NCBI GenBank assembly: GCA_020350885.1
Contig: CP070727.1
Coordinates: forward strand, 757,007 to 821,006
DNA length: 64,000 nt
Source of the DNA: a bacterium
GTDB lineage: Bacteria > Krumholzibacteriota > Krumholzibacteriia > Krumholzibacteriales > Krumholzibacteriaceae
Direction: 5' to 3'
Part shown: positions 50,340 to 59,502 of the stretch, one piece after another
Numbering within the stretch: position 1 is the stretch's first letter
Layout: each line of letters starts with the position of its first letter
Notes under the pieces: generated by a model
Seen by the model: only the letters and a program-made list of their open reading frames with translations
The model's database searches: none
What the model was told of the DNA's origin: nothing
Made by a program: the position numbers and the translations under genes

Positions 50340-51842
50340 CTATGCACTCCGCTCCTCGATCTGTCTCAGGAGTCCCTTGAAGATGAAACGGTGAAACGGA
50401 AGAAAGAAGTACCAGTATGCATGTCCGAAGATATTCGTTGTATGGTAGTAGGCCGTCACGGCCAGCCGTCGATCCGTGCCCCCGTCCTGAATCGTAAATT
50501 CCAGCCATGCCTTCCCCGGGAGCTTCATCTCGGCCCTGAGGAGGAGCCGTTCGTCAGGCCTGAGATCCTCCACACGCCAGAAATCGACTACATCGTTGAC
50601 CTTGAGGCCGGAGACGACACGCCTGCCGCGAGAGGTCCCGACACCGAGCAGGATCCGGTCGAAGTTGCCCCGCAGCCGCCACATCCAGTTACCGTGAAAC
50701 CAGCCTTCCTTTCCGCCGATCCGGCAGATCGAGCGGAACAGCGAGGAGGCCAGCTTCTTCGTCTCGAGTGCGTAGCGGGCGATATGTCCGGGTTCCTCGT
50801 CGAGCTCGTGAAGCTTCATCGCAAGCTCGTGCGCTGGGGGATATGCGTCGGACCACCGGGTATGCACCCGGTCCTGCTCCTCACGGCTCAGGGCGCGAAT
50901 GATCGACTCCCTGTACCCTACCGTCGTAAACGGGAGATACCGCTTGATCGAGTCGTCCTGGCACACAACGTCGTTCCTGAGACCGGCGAAGAGGCACATG
51001 ACGATGGGGCCGGGAACGGGTGTGAGGAGGCTGACCAGATACGAGTAGAAGTGAATGTTGGAGAAGAAGATGGGTACGAAGAACCGGTGTTTCTGGAGAA
51101 CCTGTGTGGCGATCCGTATCATCTCCTCGTAGGTCAAGATCTCCTCGCCCCCGATATCGAAGGTCTTCCCCGCCGTCTCGGAGTTCTCCAGTACTCCGAC
51201 GAGGTACTTGATCACATCCCGCACCGATATCGGCTGGCACCTGTTACGGGCCCATGCCGGTACCGGATAGCCGGGGAGCCGGAGGACGAGGTGTTTGAGT
51301 ATCTCGTAGGATGCGCTTCCCGAGCCGATGATGGCCGCCGCACGAAGAATCGTGACGGCCGCACTCCCCCGCTTCAGTTCCTCCGCAACCTCGATCCGGC
51401 TTCTGAGATGTTCGGAGAGCCGGGCCCGCACATCCCCCAGCCCCCCCAGGTAGATAATCCGTCCGAGCCCCACCTCATCTGCCACTATCCGGAAGTTTTG
51501 CGCCGCCTGCCGGTCGGCCGCAGCGAATTCCTCGGGTCCGAGGAGCATGGAATGTATCAGGTAATAGGCAACATCGACCCCCTCGAGGACCGGCCGCAGC
51601 CCATCTACATCGAGGGCATCGGCAACCGCCACCTCCACCCCGGGCCAGTCCTCCTCGTAATGAGGCGCAGTACTCCGCACCATGACCCTGACGCGGTACC
51701 CGCGTGCGATGAGCTCCGGTACAAGCCGGCCGCCGATATAGCCCCCCGCACCTGTGACGAGGACACGACCGACCGACAGATCTGGATGTGAAGGGAGATC
51801 GTGACAGAGAAGGCCTGTATCCTCCCAGGGCTTTACATCCAA
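50340..51842 (-). CDS. Atypical SDR oxidoreductase fused to DUF2867 (YbjT-like)
   Basis: VTGAGGYIG, YYLIHSM, IYLGGLG; IGGKEGW, VVDFWRVE, LRAEMKLPG.AWLEF. Confidence 0.88.
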   Translation of the reverse strand: MDVKPWEDTGLLCHDLPSHPDLSVGRVLVTGAGGYIGGRLVPELIARGYRVRVMVRSTAPHYEEDWPGVEVAVADALDVDGLRPVLEGVDVAYYLIHSMLLGPEEFAAADRQAAQNFRIVADEVGLGRIIYLGGLGDVRARLSEHLRSRIEVAEELKRGSAAVTILRAAAIIGSGSASYEILKHLVLRLPGYPVPAWARNRCQPISVRDVIKYLVGVLENSETAGKTFDIGGEEILTYEEMIRIATQVLQKHRFFVPIFFSNIHFYSYLVSLLTPVPGPIVMCLFAGLRNDVVCQDDSIKRYLPFTTVGYRESIIRALSREEQDRVHTRWSDAYPPAHELAMKLHELDEEPGHIARYALETKKLASSLFRSICRIGGKEGWFHGNWMWRLRGNFDRILLGVGTSRGRRVVSGLKVNDVVDFWRVEDLRPDERLLLRAEMKLPGKAWLEFTIQDGGTDRRLAVTAYYHTTNIFGHAYWYFFLPFHRFIFKGLLRQIEERSA

Positions 51843-51868
51843 TGCCCCTCCTTTCCACCGAGAACAAA

Positions 51869-52006
51869 CATGCAGAACTCCCAGCCCGAATCACCGGGAT
51901 ACCATTGTAGCATCCATGCAAAACTCCCATCCCGAATCATTGAGGTACCATTGTAGCACCCATGCAGATCTTACAGACCGAGTCATCGAGGTAGCATTGT
52001 AGCATC
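51869..52006. repeat. Three tandem imperfect 46-bp direct repeats in a divergent intergenic region
   Basis: Units start at 51869, 51915 and 51961 (catgca...ccga.tca..g.g.ta.cattgtagca.c). Confidence 0.9.
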
Positions 52007-52146
52007 AAAGGAGTGTAATTGAAAAGGATAGGGGCATAACCGATTGACGCCTTCGATCCCCTTTGATACAATCCGAATCATCGAACGGCACAGCTCGATT
52101 GTATGCTCCCGGCACATTGCACGTGTCCTCCACAAACGGGATTCTC

Positions 52147-54480
52147 ATGATCGGTAAGACCGTTTCACATTACACAATCCTCGAAGAACTCGGCCGCGGA
52201 GGCATGGGAGTTGTGTACAGGGCCGAGGATGTCAAGCTTCAGCGCACCGTTGCCCTCAAGTTTCTCCCCCCCGAACTCACGAGCGATCCAGAGGCGAAAG
52301 AACGCTTCATCAACGAAGCCAGGACCGCCTCCGCACTCGACCATCCCAATATCTGCACGGTCCACGAGATCGACGAGACGGACGACGGCCAGATCTTCAT
52401 CTGTATGGCCCACTACGATGGCGAACCGCTCAGGAACAGGATCGACCGGGGACCTGCAGGTCTCAACGAGGCATTCCATATTGCAGAGCAGATCGCCGAA
52501 GGTCTCTCCCGTGCGCACGAGCGGGGAATCGTTCACCGGGATATCAAGCCGGCCAATATCATCGTGACGGATCGGGACGAGGTCAAGATCGTCGATTTCG
52601 GCCTAGCGAAGCTCGCCGGAAAGACGAAGCTCACAAAAGAGGGTACAACGCTCGGCACGGTCGAGTACATGTCACCGGAGCAGGCGAGGGGTCGAGAGGC
52701 CGACCACAGAACGGACATCTGGTCCCTCGGCGTCATACTCTACGAGCTGCTTACCGGGAGGCCGCCGTTTAAGGGGGAGTATGAGCAGGCGATAATGTAT
52801 GCGATCATAAACGAGGAACCCGAGCCGATCACCGCCCAACGCGCCGGCATTCCCCTCGAGCTGGACAGGATATGCGCCAAGGCACTTGTCAAAAATCCCG
52901 ACGAACGTTACCAGCATATAAGCGATCTCCTGGTCGACCTGCGGGCGGTACATAAGCAGATAGAAAGCGGCACGACCGCGCAGCCGGCCATTGTGACAGC
53001 GCCGGGGAGGAACAAGTGGCTCAAGCCGGTCACCGCAGCCGCCATTGCCGTCGTCGCATTCGTCCTGGTTTACTTCTACGTCTTGGCAGACCGCAGTGAA
53101 GCGATCGATTCGATCGCCGTCCTTCCGCTCGAGAACATCTCCCGGGATCCCGCTCAGGAGTACTTCGCCGATGGAATGACGGAAGCGCTCATAGCGGATC
53201 TCGCCAAGATAGGCGCACTGCGTGTGATATCACGTACCTCGATCATGCGGTACAAGGAGACCGATCTCGCGCTTCCCGAGATCGCAAAGAAGCTAGATGT
53301 CGATGCGATCATCGAGGGTTCAGTACTGCTGGCGGAAGGTCGTGTGCGCATAACCGCACAGCTCATAGAGGCGGCGAACGACCGCCACCTCTGGGCCGAC
53401 AGCTACGAGCGTGATCTACAGGATGTCCTTGCGCTCCAGCGTGATATCGCAAAAGCGATCGCCCGCGAAGTAAAGGCCAAGCTCACACCCGCTGAGGAGG
53501 CCACATTCGAACGTGCCGGCACTGTCGACCCTCAAGCGCACGAATTATACCTGAAGGGACGTTATCACTGGAACAAGAGGACCGAGGAGGATCTTCGCAG
53601 GAGCATCGAGTACTTTCAGAAAGCCATCGAGAAAGAGCCCGGTTACGCCCGGGCCTACGTTGGACTGGCCGAGACATACGCGGTAATCGCCGACTGGGGA
53701 TTCTCGCCTCCGAGTGAGATGTATCCGAAGGCGAAGGAGACGGCAGAGACGGCGCTCGAAATCGACCCCAACCTCGCCGAGGCACTCACTACAGTTGCCG
53801 CCGTCGAACACCTCTATTACTACAACCATGAAAAGTCGGAGGAAATATACCGTCGTGCCATCGAATTGAATCCGAACTATGCAACTGCCCACCAATGGTA
53901 TGCAGAGTTCCTCTATCATATGGGGCGTTTCGACGAGGCGATCTCGGAGATCAACCGGGCCCTCATGCTCGATCCCCTGTCACTCATAGCTAACGCAGTG
54001 AAAGCTGCGATATATTATTACTCCCGGAACTACGATGAGGCGATCAGGCTATGCAAGGAGAACCTGGAACTCGACAGCAGTTTTTATCTATTCCTCCAAC
54101 TGCTCATGCTGAGCTATCTCGAGAAGGAGATGTACAATGAAGCATACGAGATTACAAAAAAAATGATTATACTTTCGGGCGCCGATGTATCTCTCATAGA
54201 CGAATTCGAAAGAGCATATCGTACCGGTGGGTATGATGGAACTCTGAGATGGCAAATACAAACATATTCCAGAATCCTCAGGCAACCCTACAACGAATCG
54301 TACTACGTCGCCCTGGCATATGCGAGACTGGGATATGCTGATAGCGTCTTTGTATGGCTCGAAAAGACCCTAGAAAACAGTTCCCTCTACATAATGGAAA
54401 TTACCATTGATCCTGCTTTAGATCCCCTACGATCCGATCCGCGATACAACAGGCTGCTGAAAAAGATCAAACTGGATTAG
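52147..54480 (+). CDS. Hanks-type Ser/Thr kinase with TM, TolB_N-like domain and TPRs
   Basis: LGRGGMGVVY, VALK, HRDIKPAN, DFGLA, YMSPEQ; TM; SIAVLPLEN...EYFADGMTE; likely ATG 52147. Confidence 0.93.
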   Translation: MIGKTVSHYTILEELGRGGMGVVYRAEDVKLQRTVALKFLPPELTSDPEAKERFINEARTASALDHPNICTVHEIDETDDGQIFICMAHYDGEPLRNRIDRGPAGLNEAFHIAEQIAEGLSRAHERGIVHRDIKPANIIVTDRDEVKIVDFGLAKLAGKTKLTKEGTTLGTVEYMSPEQARGREADHRTDIWSLGVILYELLTGRPPFKGEYEQAIMYAIINEEPEPITAQRAGIPLELDRICAKALVKNPDERYQHISDLLVDLRAVHKQIESGTTAQPAIVTAPGRNKWLKPVTAAAIAVVAFVLVYFYVLADRSEAIDSIAVLPLENISRDPAQEYFADGMTEALIADLAKIGALRVISRTSIMRYKETDLALPEIAKKLDVDAIIEGSVLLAEGRVRITAQLIEAANDRHLWADSYERDLQDVLALQRDIAKAIAREVKAKLTPAEEATFERAGTVDPQAHELYLKGRYHWNKRTEEDLRRSIEYFQKAIEKEPGYARAYVGLAETYAVIADWGFSPPSEMYPKAKETAETALEIDPNLAEALTTVAAVEHLYYYNHEKSEEIYRRAIELNPNYATAHQWYAEFLYHMGRFDEAISEINRALMLDPLSLIANAVKAAIYYYSRNYDEAIRLCKENLELDSSFYLFLQLLMLSYLEKEMYNEAYEITKKMIILSGADVSLIDEFERAYRTGGYDGTLRWQIQTYSRILRQPYNESYYVALAYARLGYADSVFVWLEKTLENSSLYIMEITIDPALDPLRSDPRYNRLLKKIKLD

Positions 54481-54674
54481 TAGAAAGGCAGTTTCATTCG
54501 GACATCTTCAAATAATCCGGAGAGAAATCCGGCGAGTAGCCGAACCATGACAGATTGCAAAATTTTCGATAGGATCGATCGAGGGCGATCCGGTTGTGTC
54601 AAGCGTGCTCTTTAAATAGTGAGTATCATCGCTATCCGGTCTGCCGGAACCATATATAAAGTGAAGTGGCTATT

Positions 54675-56303
54675 CTATGGCGAAGCCGGGGATTTCAACA
54701 GCTCCTGCTTGATGCGCTTCTTAGACAATTCCAGAATCCTCAAGATATCTTCATGCCTCGTAGACGGTGCATTGTTGTAATCCATCAGCGTGTGCGCGAA
54801 TCCATGATCAGGAATGATTTCATCTATAACGAATCTTACCGTTTGCATTGCAGTGTTGTGGTGATTGTATTCACCAGCTTTCTCTATCGAGGAGTGCTTC
54901 AGTGCGCAGAACAGGCTCCATGTATTGTTCTCAAGGTCATCAGCACATTCTCTATCATCTTCTTTATGCCAATGACTCGGATCAGCAAGAAGCTTCTCGG
55001 TCATTTCTATAATCTCAAGATCCATCTTCGTTGCCGGAGGGCAATACCACCAGTAAATCGCAAAGCTTAATTCACCGTCCTGAACGGACATATACTCCCA
55101 CAGGAAATAACCCAATGAGGATTTCATATAAATATCTTCGGTCTCCCTGTGATGAACGATTTCATATTCTATCTTTGTGGTCTTTCCGTTCGGATATGTC
55201 AAAGTGCCTGTTACGTTCTTGCCACGTACCAACGAGAATATAGCTTCTATGCTCAATCCATGCTCCAGGAGTTCTCGGTGAACATCCATTGATATTTCAA
55301 AACCTTTAAGGTATTCACTTGTACCCACCAGCTTGTCATCAAGCTGTTTCAGCGTGAATGGAATGTAATCATCGGGTAACTCATCTTGGGGTGTGCTTTG
55401 TGCCGGCGCCCTCGGCGCATTCTCATCGACCTTCCGCTCCCGATGGAGGTGTAGCACGCATTCATCGCCCTCGTACGAGAAATCGATCTTCCAACCAGCA
55501 TTCGTGGCACGATCCCTCCACCTGAACTCGAAAAGCCTGCGGTAGTCTTCGAACGAGATCTGCTGCTTGAGATGGCCGGTATTCTTGTAGAGCAGGAAGT
55601 ACATAGGTATGAACCGGACCACAGCTTCCTCGTCTTCCAGCCGCTCGAGTGTTAGGATATTCCCGCGGAGATTCGCCTGTTCCCAACACAGATACAACAC
55701 GAACGCACGCTCAGGGCTGACAAACGGCACCCACGCACGCGCAGCCAGTGCATAGCCAGCGCCGTCCCGGAACCAGTCGAGCGCGACATCGCGATCCTTC
55801 TCTGCTGCCAGCGCGTTGTACAACCAAACATCTCGAGACACAGCGATTTCTGCTCTCATCCAGGCTTTCGTATCATCCGGAAGGTCCGGGAACTCCGAAA
55901 CCGGCACCGGCCCGAGCTGATCCATGCGCAGAGCAATGGCCTCAAAGTGCTGAAAAAACCACTCGTCGCCCTCAACGAGGAACGAGAAGGAATAGTCCAC
56001 CGTGTGCTCTCCGAACGTGAGCGGCAGTAAAAAGTGCAACTGATCGCCTACTCGGAATGCAGCCGGCTCTACAGTCCACTCCTCCCAATCGGCCTGTTCC
56101 CTCATGAGCTCGAGGAAACCGAGCACCGACTTGCGCAGTTCCTCACGATAGGGCCGGACTCGCTCGCTTGGAAACGGACGGGTCTTCAGCAGGTTCACGA
56201 ACTCCTGCCAAACAGCGACATCTGCTTGCGAATCCGTGTTACTTCCAATACCTATCCCTACGCTAGCGAACAGAATAGCGGTAGCCAGGACTATAATCTT
56301 CAT
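54675..56303 (-). CDS. Secreted hypothetical protein, apparently two fused modules
   Basis: Signal peptide; Pro/Ala linker near residue 290; C-terminal WSLFCAL..HTLMDYNN module. Confidence 0.7.
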   Translation of the reverse strand: MKIIVLATAILFASVGIGIGSNTDSQADVAVWQEFVNLLKTRPFPSERVRPYREELRKSVLGFLELMREQADWEEWTVEPAAFRVGDQLHFLLPLTFGEHTVDYSFSFLVEGDEWFFQHFEAIALRMDQLGPVPVSEFPDLPDDTKAWMRAEIAVSRDVWLYNALAAEKDRDVALDWFRDGAGYALAARAWVPFVSPERAFVLYLCWEQANLRGNILTLERLEDEEAVVRFIPMYFLLYKNTGHLKQQISFEDYRRLFEFRWRDRATNAGWKIDFSYEGDECVLHLHRERKVDENAPRAPAQSTPQDELPDDYIPFTLKQLDDKLVGTSEYLKGFEISMDVHRELLEHGLSIEAIFSLVRGKNVTGTLTYPNGKTTKIEYEIVHHRETEDIYMKSSLGYFLWEYMSVQDGELSFAIYWWYCPPATKMDLEIIEMTEKLLADPSHWHKEDDRECADDLENNTWSLFCALKHSSIEKAGEYNHHNTAMQTVRFVIDEIIPDHGFAHTLMDYNNAPSTRHEDILRILELSKKRIKQELLKSPASP

Positions 56304-56338
56304 TCCTTTCCCTCACCTTGTGTCTCTCCAGCAAAGAC

Positions 56339-56415
56339 GGCTAACGGCGCAGCTCACCTTCCTCTGTTGAGCTCAGCGGAACAGCGATCATGTACCGTGA
56401 CTTGTCAGGTTATTT
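56339..56415 (-). mobile_element. Degenerate attC-like site 1 (77 nt)
   Basis: Minus strand AAATAAC (overlaps a TAA stop) ... GGTGAGC TGCGCC GTTAGCC. Confidence 0.5.
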
Positions 56416-57515
56416 TTCGAACAATGCTCTATACACAGCTGATGTTTATATTTTCTCGGCAACCAAGATATGACCGGCTTCATTCCAATGTCCATCTGAT
56501 GTATATTCAAATCTAATCCCTTCGGATTCATGCTTCATTATAAAACTCGGTTGCATATCAATTTCCTCATATCCATTGTTAACCGCAACCTCGAAAATAT
56601 ATTTGCGTATTAGGTCAAAATAGGAACCATTGGCTTTCTTCAGCGTTGTCGGGTTATATATGTGGAGCCTCATTCCATCCATAACAAACAGTATCTTGTC
56701 ATTTTCTAAGCCCGTCTGAAGTGGCAGTGCATAAATAAAAGTATCGACAACTCTTTTTGAGTCTGAAATTCGCTCTTCATCGAAATCGGCACATGTGTTA
56801 CCGACGAATATTTCTTCGACCTTACCTGCATCGTTTTCAAATGCATTTTCAATCGACTGCCAATTCAACTGCAGATTTAGAGCTGTATAACGGACTATCG
56901 CTGATTGCCTGAACAAACGCTTAACTAATGTTGGCTGATAGTCTATTCTGATAAGCTCCAAACGGTCAGATGCATCTGAAAAATAGTGGAAGCCCGGCTC
57001 GTTCTTGTATTTCGTCAAACTTTCATCAAAATCATTGCCAACTAGAATACAAGTGCTCTGGCATTGAACTCGCTCGTGGCATAATTGGCATATGCCAAAT
57101 AATTTGATAAAGGGCTTCCAGATGCCCCAAAGCTATAGACCCTACCATTGCCGGCACTTTCTTGTGACAGGATGCCGTGCATCGAATTTTTATATTCTAC
57201 TTGAGCTGCTTCAACATAGCTATCTCCGATTATTGCTAGCAAGGGGGAATCGTCCTCTGGATCATAATTTTGATCATTCAAGAATCCATAATTATTTATA
57301 TGTCTTTTAGTGACAATAGAGAAATCATATCCGCGAGACCAAGTAACATCTCTATTTTCTTTAAATCGTACTACTGGATTTGCTGAGTTTACAGGTAACG
57401 TCATCAAGCTATCCCGTACCGGTAATATCCGGAAAATCACTTCAAGGAGAATAATCGACAAGAAGATTCCACATAGAACTGATATCAACGGAAACAATAT
57501 TCTCTTCAGCTTCAT
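56410..57515 (-). pseudogene. SGNH/GDSL (AlgJ/AlgX-like) acyltransferase/hydrolase, frameshifted near 57045 and with a premature TAA at 56446-56448
   Basis: Block I GDS and FGASG in the first ORF; ILVGNDFDES and DGHWN in the second frame; frame continues TSAVYRALFEK to TAA 56410-56412. Confidence 0.8.
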
Positions 57516-57545
57516 TCTTTAACCACGAATATGTTTATTTCCGTA

Positions 57546-57641
57546 GCCCAACGCTTCGCGCATCAGTTGCAGGGCGGCGCTACAATACCTGTCTATACTT
57601 CGGAAAGATGCGACGCACTACCAGCCGCATAGGTGTTAGAC
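57546..57641 (-). mobile_element. Degenerate attC-like site 2 (96 nt)
   Basis: Minus strand GTCTAAC ACCTATGCGGCTGGTAGTGCGTCGC ... GCGCCGCCCTGCAACTGATGCGCGAAGC GTTGGGC with imperfect inverted arms. Confidence 0.6.
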
Positions 57642-57663
57642 AACTTGTAATAAAGACCTAAAA

Positions 57664-57951
57664 TTATAGGGTCTCTAGAAAATCCTTCCAGGGAGTCGCA
57701 AGAAGCGTCTCAGTCATTGAATGCCCAACAGATCTGATTATCACTGCGGCCTTCTCGACCTGTTTTGGATCATCCGATTCAACAATATCAACAACATCAA
57801 AGCGTCCCATTGTCGAATAACTATCCTTCCACTTTACCCCCGGGCATTCTTTCTTTATCTTCTCTGAAACAGCTTTTGCCAATTCTTTGAAGCCTCTGGG
57901 ATCTGCCAACGCCTCGGGAGAAACTCTGCTGAGAATGATGTACCTAGACAT
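57664..57951 (-). CDS. GYD-domain protein
   Basis: Y..MGRFDVVDIVESDD, TETLLA; SD AGGAGG. Confidence 0.85.
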   Translation of the reverse strand: MSRYIILSRVSPEALADPRGFKELAKAVSEKIKKECPGVKWKDSYSTMGRFDVVDIVESDDPKQVEKAAVIIRSVGHSMTETLLATPWKDFLETL

Positions 57952-57999
57952 ACTTCACCTCCTAGGTATTACAACTAACAAACTTCTTACTATCTAGTT

Positions 58000-58100
58000 G
58001 CCAGACGATCTTTACTTCAGTTGCTGACCGTGCCTGGCGCAACGCATGCCTTGTTACCAGCGTGACGGATCGGGCCGTGCGCTTCAGCATACTGTTATCA
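58000..58100 (-). mobile_element. Degenerate attC-like site 3 (101 nt)
   Basis: Minus strand TGATAAC AGTAT GCTGAAGC GCACGGCC ... GGTCAGCAACTGAAGTAAAGATC GTCTGGC; 3' end aligns with site 2; R' box is mutated. Confidence 0.5.
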
Positions 58101-58130
58101 TGCATCGCGGCCTAGTTTGTTCCTTTTAAT

Positions 58131-59084
58131 TTACTCCTTAATCTTCCCCCAACTAATACTCTCTATCCCAATAACCCCGCATCCCTCAGATAAAGCGCCA
58201 ATCAATGAACACGCTGCACCAGCTGGATGATTTCCCTCTATACAGGGAGAATCGGGGAGAAGTCCTAAATCGTAACCATCGATGTCACAGAAACTCGGAT
58301 CAACAGCAATATTCCCGTTCAGCCCAGGTTGATCGCTCAAGCAACCACCCCAATCACCACCGGTATTGCCAAAAACATCGCAGCACATTAGAAGCGCTTC
58401 GCTGCTGTCATCGCAACTGACTCCCCAATCATCATTAAACACGATAATTGAGTTCTGAATCACCGCAGTACTATTGCTTGTCAGCCGAATTCCCTCTGCA
58501 CCATTTCTTACTATGGTGCATCCGATTATTGTGATATCAGAGTAGGCTCCACACGCAACGCCCTTAGCGATGATCCACGAATTGTACGCGATGATGCAAT
58601 CACGGATTGTCGGGCTTGAAGGTGCAGTTCCTGTAAGTCCTACCCCGATGCCATCACCCGCATTTACAACAATGTTACATCTTTGTATTACGGGAGCTGC
58701 ACCGTCTTCACAAAATATATCTGCTGCTTTACCCCTCTCATCAAATACCCCATGCGTTATAGTAACACCCTCGATCCTGGTTGTATTGTCCACACCAGTG
58801 CACAAGATACCCCCTCTTTGTTCTTGGGCATCGATAATCACACATTGTGGATCTCCGGTTTCACTTCGAAGGCACGCACCTGATGTCATTAAGATATTAT
58901 GTTCGTAATACGTTCCGCAGGCTACCAATACTGTATCGCCGGTTGTAACATTATCCAGTGCACCCTGAATCGTAATGAAATCCTGCGGCACGCGTATAGT
59001 GTCGGAAAAGGAATTCGAATGGAATAGAACATGAATTGAAAATAGCGTGAGAATAATGCAAATTGTTTTTTGCTGCACCATCAT
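58131..59084 (-). CDS. Secreted right-handed parallel beta-helix protein ending in SWGKIK
   Basis: RVPQDFITIQGALD..GDTVLVACGTYYE; repeated I.NC.I..N..G; DPSFCD..L.PDSPCI. Confidence 0.85.
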   Translation of the reverse strand: MMVQQKTICIILTLFSIHVLFHSNSFSDTIRVPQDFITIQGALDNVTTGDTVLVACGTYYEHNILMTSGACLRSETGDPQCVIIDAQEQRGGILCTGVDNTTRIEGVTITHGVFDERGKAADIFCEDGAAPVIQRCNIVVNAGDGIGVGLTGTAPSSPTIRDCIIAYNSWIIAKGVACGAYSDITIIGCTIVRNGAEGIRLTSNSTAVIQNSIIVFNDDWGVSCDDSSEALLMCCDVFGNTGGDWGGCLSDQPGLNGNIAVDPSFCDIDGYDLGLLPDSPCIEGNHPAGAACSLIGALSEGCGVIGIESISWGKIKE

Positions 59085-59448
59085 CTGTACTCTTTCTTAT
59101 TGAGCAAGCTCACCGTATATAGGTTACATAAAATCCTGCCTTGGACACCGCTATATTTTTATTCTAATTAAAATTCTGGTGATGGTCAACCGCCTATACA
59201 ACTGGCTGTAGCAATAACACATATGTAATTATGTTTGTGAATATTCGGTCAAACGGGCAGCCTCTGTAAAAGAGTCATCCAGCCGCTTCATTTTCATTAT
59301 ATAAAGCCCGGATGGCAGTCTGAACCTCACCGAATACAATGTTAACGACACTGGTTTAAATAATATCAATGAAATGCAGTCGATTATCCGCTGACGACGA
59401 GCGTATTGATACCTACTTAGTTTCGTAGGTGAAAATTTTTAAAAATTA

Positions 59449-59468
59449 TTATGAAACTAGTTTCATAA
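59449..59468. promoter_or_regulatory. Perfect 20-bp palindrome TTATGAAACTAGTTTCATAA, candidate MarR operator
   Basis: Self-complementary; 35-45 nt upstream of the MarR-GNAT gene. Confidence 0.6.
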
Positions 59469-59502
59469 ATCCTCGTAGTAATCGGATAGGCGCCTAACCC
59501 GG

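Noticed and set aside
51869-52006. 46-bp repeats as a mini-CRISPR
   Set aside because: Whole units are similar end to end, so there are no unique spacers
59492-59498. Perfect GTTAGGC core on the minus strand as an attI site heading the cassette array
   Set aside because: A 7-mer alone is not significant, and the divergent neighbour is MarR-GNAT, not an integrase
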